The notes beneath the pieces were generated by a model. The model was not told the DNA's origin, did no database searches, and was given only the letters and a program-made list of their open reading frames with translations. From Squalus acanthias (taxonomy: Eukaryota), in the NCBI GenBank assembly GCA_030390025.1, contig CM059452.1, positions 9,672,001-9,736,000 on the forward strand: a stretch of 64,000 nucleotides of DNA, in the 5' to 3' direction. Numbering within the stretch: the first letter of the stretch is position 1; every line of letters starts with the position of its first letter. Shown here one piece after another: positions 1 through 11,991 of the stretch. The translations under genes were made by a program, and so were the position numbers.

Positions 1-367
1 TTGTGAAAGGCGCTATAGAAATGCAAGTCTTTCTTTCTTTCAAAGGGAGGTGAGAATGTGAAATGTTCTGGAGAAAGTGTTGTTGGCTCAGATTCCTGTG
101 GAGGGTCAAAGGGATTTGGGATTCCAGGGACTTGCCAGATCAATCTGTGGTCAACAATAACAACATCATCCGCCCACACAGCGGTCTGTCTGTTTATGAC
201 ACGTTGAGGATACATTTTGAATGGAAGAATTGTTGTCCTTCTCCGTCAGGCTACACAGTGACATTGGACCATGAGATACAATGAACCAGAGAGTTCACTG
301 TCACAGTCTGCCGTGCCGGAGCACCTGTAGTTTATCTGTCGGCTCTTGCTCTAAATACAGCAGCGTG

Positions 368-674
368 TGCGGTGTTATGACCCAGAAGTATTTCCTGGAA
401 TCCGCAGCTGTCAGCTGTGAAACCCTTAAACTGACGGCTCTGTAAGTTTTGGCCAAAGATGAGGTGAAGCGCCGTCTTGCAAAGTTCGCATCGTCACTGA
501 ACCGTTCGGTGCAGCGGATGAGGATATTCTCAGGGCCCACGGACCGACCCCCCCGGTACCAGGACAGGCAAACCCTGGTCACCTCTGTATAGGAGCAGGT
601 TATTGTCGCGATCTCTCCCTCCTGAGCGGTCACCTCTTCCATTGGCCAATGAGCGATCCATCCAATGACGCTGT
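368..674 (-). pseudogene. TCR V-type exon, probably non-functional (second canonical Cys replaced by Trp; no leader found)
   Basis: Acceptor ctttag at 675-676. Open frame ...EGEIATITCSYTEVTRVCLSWYRG...LIRCTE...LTAADSRKYFWV, where YYC has become YFW. RSS: heptamer cacgctg (361-367), 23-bp spacer, nonamer agataaact (329-337). Confidence 0.8.
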
Positions 675-814
675 CTAAAGGACAGGGAGGGAAACGTTTA
701 GATAAAGTTGCAATAACTGTGAGTAATAAATCCCAACAGGCGGTGAGATTGTCGCTCACACAACCAAAGCGGGATATCATTTCAGAATAGGAGTTCCCAG
801 AGTGACTGTATCCA

Positions 815-1075
815 AACAGAAATATATGGAGAGTTTTGATAAAGTTAATAAGGAGAAACTGTTTCCACTGGCAGGAGGGTCGGTACCCAGAGGACAAACA
901 CATTGAAGATACTGGGCAAAAGAACCAGAGAGGAGATGAGGAGATTTGGTTTTTTACTCAGTGAGTTGTTGTGATCTGGAATTCACTGCCTTGAAAGGGC
1001 GGTGGAAGCAGATTTAATAATAACTTTCAAAGGGGAATTGGATAAATACTTAAAAAGAGACAAATTGCAGGAATA
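815..1075 (+). mobile_element. CR1-type LINE 3' fragment
   Basis: Similar to the ORF2 C-terminus of the other CR1 copies here (EKLFPLAGGS...FFTQ*VVVIWNSLP). Confidence 0.75.
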
Positions 1076-1235
1076 CAGATACCTATATATTAGAATTAAC
1101 AGCACAATGTCTAATCACAAATACAGGGACCAGCTGAGACTCGCCCCTGATCACAATGTTCCGCTGTCGCACTGATATGTTGAGCGACGCTCTGACAGTT
1201 TTTGTACAGGTCCAGCCCAGCTCCGTGTCTCTGTG

Positions 1236-1667
1236 GGGCTCAGTGCGCAGTAATACACCGCGGAGTCTGTCAGTTGTGTTTCAGACACGTTCAGCGGGAC
1301 GGTTCGGCTCGAATCATTGAGCTTCGCTGAAAAACGGACCCCTGGAAATCTCCCTTCGTTCTTGCTGTATCTTGTTCTCTGCAGCAGATACTCCATGGAT
1401 CCGCTGGGATACTGACGGTACCAGTATAGGTAAGGAGTGCTGGTGCTTGTAGCTGTATAATTACAGTGCAACTGAACATCGTCTCCTTCACTTACTGTGG
1501 TTGCAGCCGGTGTCTGTGAAACGGAGTCTCCTCGACAATGTCCTGCAAGAGCCCAGAGCGATACTAAATTAAACAATGTCACTTCACTGTGTCTATCCCC
1601 CAGAATCAGTCTGTCACCCCCAACACTTACCTGAGAAGTAAATCAGGGCAGTTAAACAGAAATACAT
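1236..1667 (-). CDS. TCR alpha/delta V segment, intact (leader 1667-1631, V exon 1542-1236)
   Basis: MYFCLTALIYFS|GHCRGDSVSQ...LHCNY...YLYWYRQ...DSAVYYCALS; GT/AG phase-1 intron. RSS: cacagag (1229-1235), 23-bp spacer, acaaaaact (1197-1205). Confidence 0.92.
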
Positions 1668-2079
1668 TTCCCCACAGCTCAGGGGCTGCTCACGGGATGG
1701 TGCTGAGATCGACTGAATAAAACTTCCTTTAATGAACCTTCAGCACCTTCCAACGGGATCAGTTCCTCACCTCCATCTCTTGTGATGTGAAGGGAAAACT
1801 TCAAACGGTCTGTGGGTTTAAGACTCGTGTATCTGTCAAAGTCCGTCATTGACTCCGGCGGGGCGGAGCGGGTCTGTCTGCCATTCGCCTGTAATCTCAC
1901 CTCAACTCTTCCGCTTTCATTCACTGGGGGAATTTGTCGATTTTCCCCAAACATTCTTCAGTGTTGAATAAGGGTGGATCCGGATGGTTTTCTTCACTTC
2001 GCGTCAATCTATTGATAATCTTGTGTTCCGGGAACTGATCGATTAAATATAATGTATGATGCAGATGTGAAATACAGTT

Positions 2080-2345
2080 TTGTGTAACTTTTGAACTTAC
2101 CAATTAGGAGAGCTGCAGCTGTGAAGAATAAATAAAATGTAACAGCCAACATGTTTGCAGCGAGTTGATGGCGGATGACGGGTTGAACCTGAATTTGTTT
2201 TAGTCAAGAGCTGGGAAGATGTTGACACATATCCGGCCTCTCTGCCGATTGGTTCATTCCTGACAGAGTCAGCAGGAGATATCCAATCAGCTCACTAGTC
2301 CTTTGTTCTCCAATTTATCCAATCAGCTCACAGCTCACGTGTTCT
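2080..2345. promoter_or_regulatory. CCAAT-repeat promoter module, copy 1 (part of a ~1-kb block 1450-2470 duplicated at 14590-15690)
   Basis: Repeated atccaatcagctcac; clear alignment to 15210-15545 and, inverted, to 17560-17885. Confidence 0.6.
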
Positions 2346-3144
2346 CCTCACAACAGAGAACTGGACGGGGATTAAACCCAATGTTGGCCCTTTAACAGTT
2401 TCAGTCTGTGAGGTGGGGCCAGTGAAAGGAATTTGTTAATATTGTTCTGGCAGCAGTGCCGGAGGCTCCCATTAAAAGAGCTGCTCACTGACCATTAGAA
2501 CTACCCACAGCCGATATAAAGGGAGGTAGAGACGGCCAGTAGATCCTGAGGATTTGAAAACAACGATGCGGTAAATTAGACAAACGCAACTTTTTATATG
2601 AATGAAATGGCGAGTGACTGACAGGTTTGAGCAGAATGGGAGGGTGCAGGCAACAGATAGTTTTACTGATTCTGGGGTGAGCTGCTCATTACAAATATTT
2701 ACAACGTATTCACGTTAACAATAACCACCATTCACAATAAGTTAATAGTTAACCATTTGGAACACAGACTTGCTTTTGAACTTAATGGCTGCATTTAAAT
2801 ATGTGTTTCTCTAATTCTTTCGTTACATAAGATGAACAATGTTCTTAGTCTGTAACTCGCCCCGACACTCAAACCAACAATGAACGTCCCTCTGATGGCG
2901 ATTATATGGAAACGTTTTCAAAATAAGAAGAGAAAGCGGGAGGCTCAGGGTAATGTGTACCGCTTAAAAGCACACTCGGGTGATAATGTCATAGAATATA
3001 AGGAAATGGCAGATTTGCAAAATAATTATTTTTAATCGCTCTTCACATCTGCCCGTCGTTATATCCGGCTTCAGCAGGCGGAGCCTCTGATTACAAAGCG
3101 GAGGGAGTTTCTGTACGAGGGTTTAACTGGTTTCCATCACTGTG

Positions 3145-3694
3145 AGTCTCAGGGCACAGTAATAAACTGCAGTGTCGGTCAGCTGCAGCCCCGAGATGGT
3201 TAAACTGGTGAATTTAGTGGAGCTGTCGAGTTGTGCTGAAAAACGGGTTTGGGCAAAATGTGCTTTATCTTCAGAACCGCTCGAGTATTTCATCAGAATA
3301 AACTCGGGCTGTGTGTCTGGGTGTTGCCGATACCAGTACAAATTATAGCCTCCGCCGCTCCATGTAGTATCATAGGTACAGTTTAAAGTCACCGCTTCTC
3401 CTCCTGTCTTAACTCCTGAGGACAGCGGCTGAGTGACAGAATCTCCAAGACTCAGATCTGAAAAACAGGTTCAAACAGGAAAAGATCAGACCGGCGGGTG
3501 TTTAAAATTCAGATTCAAACCATGATAGAAATGAGAGAAAAGATGAAATGTGTCTAATTCACCATCATTATCATCATTTCACCAATAACAACACCTGGGT
3601 TACAGCAGTCAGGGGAGAATGGATGTATACTGCGGAGGAATTACTTACTGAGAAGTGATATAATGATGAGGAGCGGTGCGAGATGGTTCCGCAT
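3145..3694 (-). CDS. TCR delta/alpha V segment, intact, with chimeric leader (leader 3694-3649, V exon 3457-3145)
   Basis: MRNHLAPLLIIISLL|NLSLGDSVTQ...LNCTY...LYWYRQ...DTAVYYCALR. RSS: cacagtg (3138-3144), 23-bp spacer, acagaaact (3106-3114). Confidence 0.88.
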
Positions 3695-4149
3695 GACGCT
3701 CCCTGAGTCTGTAAATATGCAGTCCGGGAAATCCTTTGTGGGAGCAGAAATACAGTTCCCCGCCCCACTGTGCTGCTGATCCAACCAATGCCAAACAGGG
3801 AACCGCGGAAGCAATCTCTCCAATAACACCTGGCAGGCAAGGGGGTTCAAGTGAGAGCAGCAAACGGAAGCTGTGGGCGGGGCTGCCGCGGGAAGTGTTG
3901 TCACACCTAGGATCCACCTGTGAGGAATTGTCGCGCTGTCCTCACTTTCTCTCACAATGTTCCCTTCCTTCTTTCTTTGAAATAATCAATTCCAAGGAGA
4001 CAAACCCAGCGCTTGTGACCTGCTGCTCGCGGATGTGCGAGAGTTTTAATCAGCACCGTATCCCAGTGCCTGACTGCACTGACATCTAGAGTAGTATCAC
4101 ACAGTTGATGTATTAAAAACAAACCCCGCAATACTACTTTAAATTTAAC

Positions 4150-4900
4150 TGCTTGAATAGAAGAGGGAAGCACGGGTTCAAAGTATAAAATGTAAATATA
4201 GAACAATATCTTCTTCACACGTGGAAACTGGTGAATGTATGGAATAAGTTTCCGAATACAGTGGTGGAGGAACAGATCCTGGAAACTTTTAAGGAAAAGT
4301 TTGAGGCCACAGTGGGGCTGGGAGATAGTATCTCTCTGGATGGATCGGACAATACGGGCCGAATGGCTTCCCTCATTCAGAATGATCTTGTGAACTGGAA
4401 CAAGGCAGGTCATGTACCTTGTAGTTACAGGCAGTCACCACCAGAGGGCAGTGCGAGGATGTTTTCACTGTGCTGGTTTCAGTATCGAGGCGAGTTAAAG
4501 CCTGAGAACATTGTTCAGTAACTTTAATGAAGGGATTAAAGAAGCAGATTCGGAAATAGAGGCATTATTTTGAAATTAATATCAGTGTTTATATGGCTTA
4601 TTATCAATTTTCATCATGATTTATCAATGTTATTATTCCTATTGTTATGTTGTAAATATTAGCATAAACATTCCCACTCCATCCTTCTGGGAAAGAACAC
4701 GGGTTAAAATTCCAGGACTGGTATCAGGAAATCCCGCTTCACACACAGAGAGTGATCAATGTGTGGAATAAACTTTCAGTTAGAGTGGGGGAGGGAAATG
4801 CACTGGAATCGTTGAATGCTACAATGGAAGTCGAGAGCTTGGATCTACTGAATGACGGAGTCATCCCTAGCAGGAGCGACCAGCAGTTCTCTCTTATAAC
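4150..4900 (+). mobile_element. Two decayed CR1 3' fragments (~4150-4400, ~4690-4900)
   Basis: VNVWNK.P..VVE-like remnants of the CR1 ORF2 end. Confidence 0.55.
4438..4451 (+). promoter_or_regulatory. CTCF-binding motif
   Basis: ccaccagagggcag matches the CTCF core CCASYAGRKGGCRS. Confidence 0.6.
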
Positions 4901-4989
4901 TATCTTGTGTACTGCAAATTATCGGGAATTGGCGTCAATAATTGCACCTCGCAATTAACAGTACTCGCCACCAGAAGACAGGGTGAAAC

Positions 4990-5467
4990 AGTGAGAAACA
5001 CTGAGTGTGAGCGGTCCGGGGTGAGCTGCTGTCAGTAAGACACACTGAGTGTAGGCGGTCCGGTGGGAGCTTAGAGACACAGTGAGCTGCTGTCAGTGAG
5101 AAACACTGAGTGTGGGCGGCCCGGGGTGTGCACAGACACAGTGTGAGCTGGTGTCAGTGAGAAACACTGAGTGTGAGCGGCCCGGTGTGAGCTCAGAGAC
5201 AGTGTGAGCTGGTGACAGTGAGAAACACTGAGTGTGAGCGGCCCGGTGTGTGCTCAGAGACAGTGTGAGCTGGTGTCAGTGAGAAACACTGAGTGTGAGC
5301 GGTCCGGTGTGAGCTCAGAGACAGTGTGAGCTGGTGTCAGTGCGAAACACTGAGTGAGAGCGGCCCGGTGTGAGCTCAGAGACAGTGTGAGCTGGTGTCA
5401 GTGACAAACACTGAGCGTGAGCGGCCCGGTGTGAGCTCAGAGACAGTGTGATCTGGTGTCAGTGAGA
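4990..5467. repeat. 61-bp minisatellite, ~8 copies
   Basis: Unit gagaaacactgagtgtgagcggcccggtgtgagctcagagacagtgtgagctggtgtcagt; gaaacactg recurs at 5161/5222/5283. A remnant unit resumes at ~7222, after the LINE. Confidence 0.9.
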
Positions 5468-7217
5468 AACATAGAAACATAGAAACATAGAAAATAGGTG
5501 CAGGAGTAGACCATTCGGTCCTTCGAGCCTGCACCGCCATTTAATGCGTTCATGGCTGAACATGCTACCTCAGTACCCCATTCCTGCTTTCTCGCCATAC
5601 CCCTTGATCCCCTTAGTTGTGAGTATTATATCTAACTCCCTTTTGAATATATTTAGCGAACTGGCCTCAACAACCTTCTGTGGTAGAGAATTCCACAGAT
5701 TCACCACTCTCTGGGTGAAGAAGTTCCTCCTCATCTCAGTCTTAAATGGCTTCCCCTTTATCCTTAGACTGTGACCCCTGGTTTTAGTTTTCCCTCACAT
5801 TGAACAGTAAACACCGAACCAAAGTACTTGTTCAATTGATCTGCAATTTCTTTGTTCCCCATTATGACTTCCCCTGTTTCTGACTGCAGGGGACCTACGT
5901 TTGTTTTTACTAACCTCTTTCTTTTTACATATTTATAGAAGCTTTTGCAGTCCGTTTTAATGTTCTCCGCAAGCTTCCTTTCATATTTTATTTTCCCTGC
6001 CCTAATCAAACCCTTCGTCCTCCTCTGCTGAGTTTTAAAGTTCTCCCAGTCCCCGGGTTTGCTGCTACTTCTGGCCAATTTGTATGCCACTTCCTTGCTT
6101 TTAATACTATCCCTGATTTCCCTTGTTAGCCATGGTTGAGCCACCTTCCCTTTTTTATTTTTACGCCAGACAGGGATGTACAATTGCTGTAGTTCATCCA
6201 TGCGATCTCTAAATGTCTGCCATTGCCCTTCCACTGATAACCCCTTAAATATCGCTTGCCAATCTAACCTCGCCAATTCACGCCTCATACCCTCAAAGTT
6301 GCCCTTATTTAAGTTCTGGACCATGGTCTCTGAATTAACTGTTTCCTTCTCCATCCTAATGTAGAACTCCACCATACTATGGTCACTCTTCCCCAAGGGG
6401 CCTCGCACCACAAGATTGCTGATTAGTCCTTCCTCATTACACAACACCCAGTCCAGGATGGCCTCCTCTCTAGTTGGTTCCTCAACATATTGGTTTAGGA
6501 AACCATCCCTTAAACACTCCAGGAAATCCTCCTCCACCGTATTGCTTCCAGTTTGAGTAGCCGAATCTATATGCATATTAAAGTCACCCATGATAACTGC
6601 TGCGCCTTTTTTGCATGCACATCTGATTTCCTGTTTCATACCCTCCCCCACCTCACTACTACTGTTTGGAGGTCTGTACACAACCCCCACTAACGTTTTC
6701 TGCCCTTTGGTGTTCTGCAGCTCAACCCATATTGGTTCCACATCCTCCAAGCTAATGTCCTTCCTAGCTATTGCATTAATCTCCTTTTTAACCAGCAATG
6801 CTACCCCGCCCCCTTTTCCTTTTATTCTATCCTTCCTGAATGTTGAATACCCCTGGATATTCAGTTCCCAGCCTTGATTGTTCTGGAGCCACGTCTCTGT
6901 AATCCCAATCACATCATATCCGTTAACATCAATTTGCACAGTCAATTCATCCACCTTATTACGGATACTCCTTGCATTAAGACACAGAGCCTTTAGGCTT
7001 GTTTTATTAACACCCTTTGTCCTTTTAGACTTATGATTTAGTATGGCCCTTTGTGTTTCTTGCATTTGTTTACTCGGATTTCACTTATTGTTTCTCACCC
7101 TGCTAACATTTGTTTCTGACTGCATATTACTTCCCCCTGTTTCGCTACATAGGTTCCCATTCCCCTGCCATATTAGTTTAAATCCTCCCGAACTGCCTTA
7201 GCAAATATTACCCCGAG
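5468..7217 (-). mobile_element. CR1 LINE with internal deletion (endonuclease region joined to 3' end)
   Basis: ORF 7065-5764 has APE endonuclease motifs (CLNARS, GITETW, YRPP, MGDFN, SDH). RT is missing after ~5800; 3' UTR and (agaaacat)n tail at 5468-5492. Confidence 0.93.
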
Positions 7218-7414
7218 GACGGTGTGTGGGCGGCACGGTGTGTAAACCCCGAGACACAGCTTGTTTCATTATTTCGACAGGAAGAAGCCTCTGCGTTGAA
7301 CAAGAAGCGAGTGTTTGTCTCCTTGTTAATTACCCTGAATATAATATCCGTGTCCTAGTTCTAACCCGACCTCTGTGTACAATTCTTTCAGCCTCTTCTT
7401 CATCTGATCGGATA

Positions 7415-7748
7415 ATGCTCCGGATTTACAGAGTTTCCCTGCTGATTTACACTCTGATCTGCACGGATGTGAGCGGTGAAGATGAGGTGGAGCAGCTCCC
7501 TCGGCGGGTGGTTGTTCCTGAAGAGAGAATCCTGTCCATCAACTGCTCCGCTACCGCTGCGTTTAACGTCCTGCCCTGGTACAGACAGAACCCGACTCAG
7601 ACCCTCCAGTATCTGGTGATGGCCACAAGCGGGACCGATCAACACGGGAGGATCAGTGCTTCAATCGGGGGAGGCAATAAACTCAGTGCCCTGACTGTGA
7701 GAGACGCGCGAGTGACAGACAGCGCCACCTATCTCTGCGCCGTGAGCC
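7415..7748 (+). CDS. TCR alpha-like V segment with leader and V in a single exon, intact
   Basis: MLRIYRVSLLIYTLICTDVSG-EDEVEQ...INCS...WYRQ...DSATYLCAVS without interruption. RSS: cacagtg (7749-7755), 23-bp spacer, acagaaacc (7779-7787). Confidence 0.88.
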
Positions 7749-8285
7749 CACAGTGTAACAAACAGGCGGAGAGTCCGCACAGAAACCTGCACCGAGGGGG
7801 AGCGCCGCTCTGCTGTGTTTGGAGTAACGGGATTGGGAGGGGCCCGGTTATAATAATCGGAGGACAGAGGAATTAAAAATAACAAGAAATATAGAAGCGA
7901 GAGATTTAAAGAAATTCTGAAATGAAGAGATTTTGAAACACAGAGGAAAACAAAGCGAAGGCACTAAAGAAAGAATGAGAGAAAGAGAAAAAACAATGTA
8001 ATAATACGTGTAGAGGACAGCAAATTAGGAAAGGAGGGAAAAAGAAATTAAAGAAAGTGAGAAATAACGAGTGAGAAACACAAAGCAAAAGGTAAGAGAA
8101 AGCCGTAAAGAAAGAGATTCAGAAATAAAGTAAAATTTCCCTTTTCTTTAATTATCCTTCCACCTATTTCACAGTTAAATTGTCTGAACCGCCTCTCCCA
8201 AAACCCGGACGCTGGAAAGTTCGCCATAGATAAACTCACACTTTACTCAATCTATTATCCTAACAGTGTAAAGTTCTCAGAGTGA

Positions 8286-8299
8286 CCGCCAGAGGGCGC
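8286..8299 (+). promoter_or_regulatory. CTCF motif upstream of a V promoter (GC box, ETS site and CCAAT at 8370-8460)
   Basis: ccgccagagggcgc, followed by ccccgccc, cttccg and attgg. Confidence 0.65.
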
Positions 8300-8541
8300 C
8301 GTGGTCACATGTTTCTGGCCGTTACCAACTGGAAATGATGGAGACAAAGCTTGCAGTGACACCGCCCGCGGCAGCCCCGCCCACAGCTTCCGTTTGCTGC
8401 TCTCGCTTTAACCCGCCTACTGTTATCGGAGAGCTTACTTCTTTGGCATTGGTTGGATCAGCAGTGCAGTGGGCGGGGATCTGTATTTCTGCTCCCACAG
8501 AGGATTTCCAGGACTGCAGAGTTACAGACTCAGGGAGCGTC

Positions 8542-9017
8542 ATGTACAACTGCCTCGCACCGCTCCTCATCATTATATCACTTCTCAGTAAGTATTTCCT
8601 CCCCAGTTAAAATCCATTCTCCCCTGACGGCTGTAACTCAGCTATGATAATTGGTTAAAGGATCCTAATGATGATGATGATGGTGATGACTATTACTATT
8701 ATTTTATATTAGAATGGAGCCAACAAGACGGAGTGGAACAGCCGGTTTCTGAAATAACGGTTGAAGAGGAAAGTAACGTCACACTAAACTGCACCTTGAA
8801 AACAACCGCTACTACCCCTTCTGTGTACTGGTACAGTCAGCACCCCGGGCAGCCTCCACAGTACGTGTTTTATCTCTATGCAGGAATAGTAAACAGGAAC
8901 CCTGAATTCACTGACCGATTCTCTTCTACGTTTAATAAAAGCAGCAAGATTACCGAGCTAACGATCAGCAATGCCCTGATCTCCCAACACCGCAGTGTAT
9001 TTCTGTGCCATGAGCCC
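8542..9017 (+). pseudogene. TCR V segment with a 1-nt frameshift in FR3 (leader 8542-8587, V exon 8713-9017)
   Basis: MYNCLAPLLIIISLL|KWSQQDGVEQ...LNCTL...YWYSQ... An extra base at ~8982-8986 (tcccaac) moves TAVYFCAMS out of frame. RSS: cacagtg (9018-9024), 24-bp spacer, acaaaaacc (9049-9057). Could be a homopolymer sequencing error. Confidence 0.82.
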
Positions 9018-9081
9018 CACAGTGCTGCAGAGATATAGCGGAGCCCGTACAAAAACCCACACTGAGCGTTGCAGTTAGTGC

Positions 9082-9095
9082 TCACCAGAGGGCGC
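9082..9095 (+). promoter_or_regulatory. RSS-proximal CTCF motif
   Basis: tcaccagagggcgc, 24 bp after the nonamer. A second motif, ccaccagagggcgt, lies at 9518-9531. Confidence 0.65.
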
Positions 9096-10454
9096 TCTCA
9101 CACCGATAAACACGCGATAATTCAGCCTCCACAGTTAGAGTCACAGGGACCTTCTAAATGTCGACAAAACACAACAGTTCACATGAAAAGGTGAAGTCCA
9201 CTGGCGGAATTACATTAGTTGGTGATTTCAAAATGCTAAAAATGAAATTCACAAATCTATCTGTAGTTCCTTTCTATGCCCTTTCCGTGCCTGCCTGTCC
9301 TTTCTCATCCCCTGTCTCCACTCTTTACCTATAATCGTATGAACTTTCTTCTTCCAATCTGTCGTTGAACGATGTAAAACGTTTGCTGCTGCTCGGCATA
9401 TTAATTCAGAACCGCTCCAACCCAGCTTCCCATAACCAGGAATTGCAGACAGTTCAGTGAATACCCACAGGATTCCTCACACCCTGTCCACCGACATCTG
9501 AACATTTCTCAGAATATCCACCAGAGGGCGTCAGCTCACAATATCCTTTGTTTGGCTCAGACCCCGGGCAGTGAGTTAAATGCTGTTTCTCCAACAGTTT
9601 TGTATATTTTGGAATGAACTGAAGATTAATGTTTGAAATCCACAATGGGCTGGGACGGTACATCGGGCAATAATCATCACAAAAAGACATCCATCACATC
9701 GAAGGATTGAATTTTGATACTAACCAGTGGGCAGGACAAGAGAGTGGAAGGATGTGGAAGATGGGGAAAGGAATATTAAAATGTGAATGAAAGACACACC
9801 CTGAGATCTGATTTCTGAAGCCATTAACTGTACTGATGCTGGAAATCGATGTTAAAGGGGCGAAAAACAAATCGAAACTGCCTGTATTGTGTTTCTTTTT
9901 CTGCTCCTCATCATTTGTTAATATGCGAGATAGTTGTCAGGACAGTTTTTCATGCCCTGCTGATGTTGAGCTCTTGGTAACGAGAGCATGCACCTCACCC
10001 TGGGGGCTTAGAACCCGCTCCCCGCGCTCTGCTCCCGGGCACTTTATACAGATGAGCGGTAAATTCCTGAAAAGCACCGCTAGGCTGTTCCCTCCATTCT
10101 CTCTCATTGGTAATCAAGCATCTGAAAATTATGAATCTTTAAACAAATCATTACAAAGCAGAAAGAAGGTCAGAACTTAACAGATAGAATTTAAACAGCA
10201 TTTTAATACAAACCACAGAAGGGGACAGTTCTTGAAACTCTGTTTAAATTACAGGGAGAGTTTATTCTTTAATCTGTTCAGTTGTTTGTTCAGTAACAGC
10301 AGACGTCATCATTCTAATATCAGGGATCTATAAATCATTCCGACAACATTGTTATTTCACCAGTGAACTGACCCGGGAGGGGAAAGGTCACTGGAGTCAC
10401 GGTTAACAGTGTCCTGACGGTAAAACTAACGGAATTATAGAGAATGAATTGACC

Positions 10455-10888
10455 CTGGAATAAATCTATACTCTCTGAAGTTTAGAAGAACGAGAGGTGA
10501 TCTGATTGAAACATATAAGATTGTGAAGGGGATTGACAGGGTAGATGCTGAGAGGTTGTTTCCCTCGGCTGGAGTGTCTAGAACTAGGGGGTATAGTCTC
10601 AGGATAAGAGGTCGGCCATTTAAGACTGAGATGAGGAGGAATTTCTTCACTCAGAGGGTTGTGAATCTTTGGAATTCTCTGCCCCAGAGGGCTGTGAATG
10701 TTGAGTCTTTGAGCATATTCAAGGTTGAGACAGATAGATTTTTGGACTCTAGGGGAATCACGAGATATGGGGATCGGGCGGGAAAGTGGAGTTGAGGTCG
10801 AAGATCAGCCATGATCTTATTGAATGGTGGAGCAGGCTCGAGGGGCCGTATGGCCTACTCCTGCTCCTAATTCTTATGTTCTTATGTT
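10455..10888 (+). mobile_element. CR1 3' fragment
   Basis: LYSLKFRRTRGDLIETYKI...RNFFTQRVVNLWNSLP, then 3' UTR and (ttcttatg)n tail. Confidence 0.92.
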
Positions 10889-11011
10889 AACCAAACCATT
10901 AATAATCCTGCGCTTCCCGGTTACAAGACCTAGACATGGGTTTCATTCCCACCCTGGACTCTAAATGTGGGACCATTCTCCTATAAGGACACAGACAGCA
11001 GCCCAGCTCGA

Positions 11012-11057
11012 CTGTCAGAAATGTCTCACACACAATCCAGATGCTGAGAAGCTGCAT
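11012..11057 (-). pseudogene. Orphan V leader exon
   Basis: MQLLSIWIVCETFLT, homologous with its upstream flank to the leader at 19604-19559. Splice donor is degenerate; no V exon found downstream. Confidence 0.65.
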
Positions 11058-11558
11058 TGCTGCTGTCCGCTCTGTAAGAGAAAGGCTGGATATCAGCTGT
11101 TACTGCTGTGGGGTACATTTCCAGAGCTCCCATACATTCTGTAAGGAAAGGGTTTATCAGACTGTCCTGGATATGTTGACTCCTTTGTGGGGAACAGATC
11201 CAGGGGCTCCATCCATTCTGTAAGGAAAGGGTTATATAGAGTTTGACTTGGTTACAAACTCCCAGCGCCAGGAATGTCCCTTTAGAGAGTCACTATCACA
11301 AAGGGATGGGGTTCACCTCACTTCCCTCCACAAGGAGGAGAGGAACTTGCTGGTCATTGGACCACTGACATGTCCGGATGTGAACCGCGGGTGAACAATG
11401 TCTATTTCCAGCCAATCCAAGAGCAGCAAACCCACGTGACTGAGACTTTAACTGGGCGGCGCTGACTTTAATCAGCCGCCTGTTCAATGTCGTCACTCGG
11501 TTCGGGTCTTCTGATGCGAGCTGTCTGCCGCTTTCCTCTTGACATTGTAATTACAAGG

Positions 11559-11991
11559 ATGTATTACTCGGTACAAGTGAATGTATCACTCGTTATTCTG
11601 GTGCTGCTACCATGTAGGTACAGGAGCTGAGCTCAATAACCCGCAGTGTTTTTTTTTATTCACGTTGCTCCGGTGTTTTATTATCTGAATGTTTTTTACA
11701 GGTCGATGTTTCTCGGACCGAGTGCTGCAGTCTCCCGCTGCGATAACAGTCCGGAGCGGGGATTCGGTGCAGATAAACTGCAGCTATGACATGTCCAGCA
11801 TTTACGCCATGCACTGGTACAAACAGAAATCCAGTCAGGGACTGGAGTGGGTAATAAAGCGAATATCGGCTGGCAAAGAGAGAAGGGACCGATTTGAATT
11901 GGATCTTTCCACTGCGGACAAACGCGGCCAATTGGTCATTGAGAGCACGGAGAGCGCGGATACCGCGGTGTATTACTGTGCGATAGATCAG
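11559..11991 (+). CDS. TCR V segment, intact (leader 11559-11613, V exon 11702-11991)
   Basis: MYYSVQVNVSLVILVLLP|CRCFSDRVLQSP...INCSY...AMHWYKQ...GLEWV...DTAVYYCAID. RSS: cacactg (11992-11998), 23-bp spacer, acaaaaacc (12022-12030). Confidence 0.9.

Noticed and set aside
2470-2560. 12-bp match (ccacagccgata) to the V pseudogene at ~15915
   Set aside because: Too short and decayed to annotate as a V relic.
4990-5467. Regular repeats here and at 32.5, 38.3, 42.3 and 55.9 kb as CRISPR-like or RSS arrays
   Set aside because: They are head-to-tail tandem units without unique spacers in a vertebrate genome; the cacagtg-like heptamers lack nonamers.
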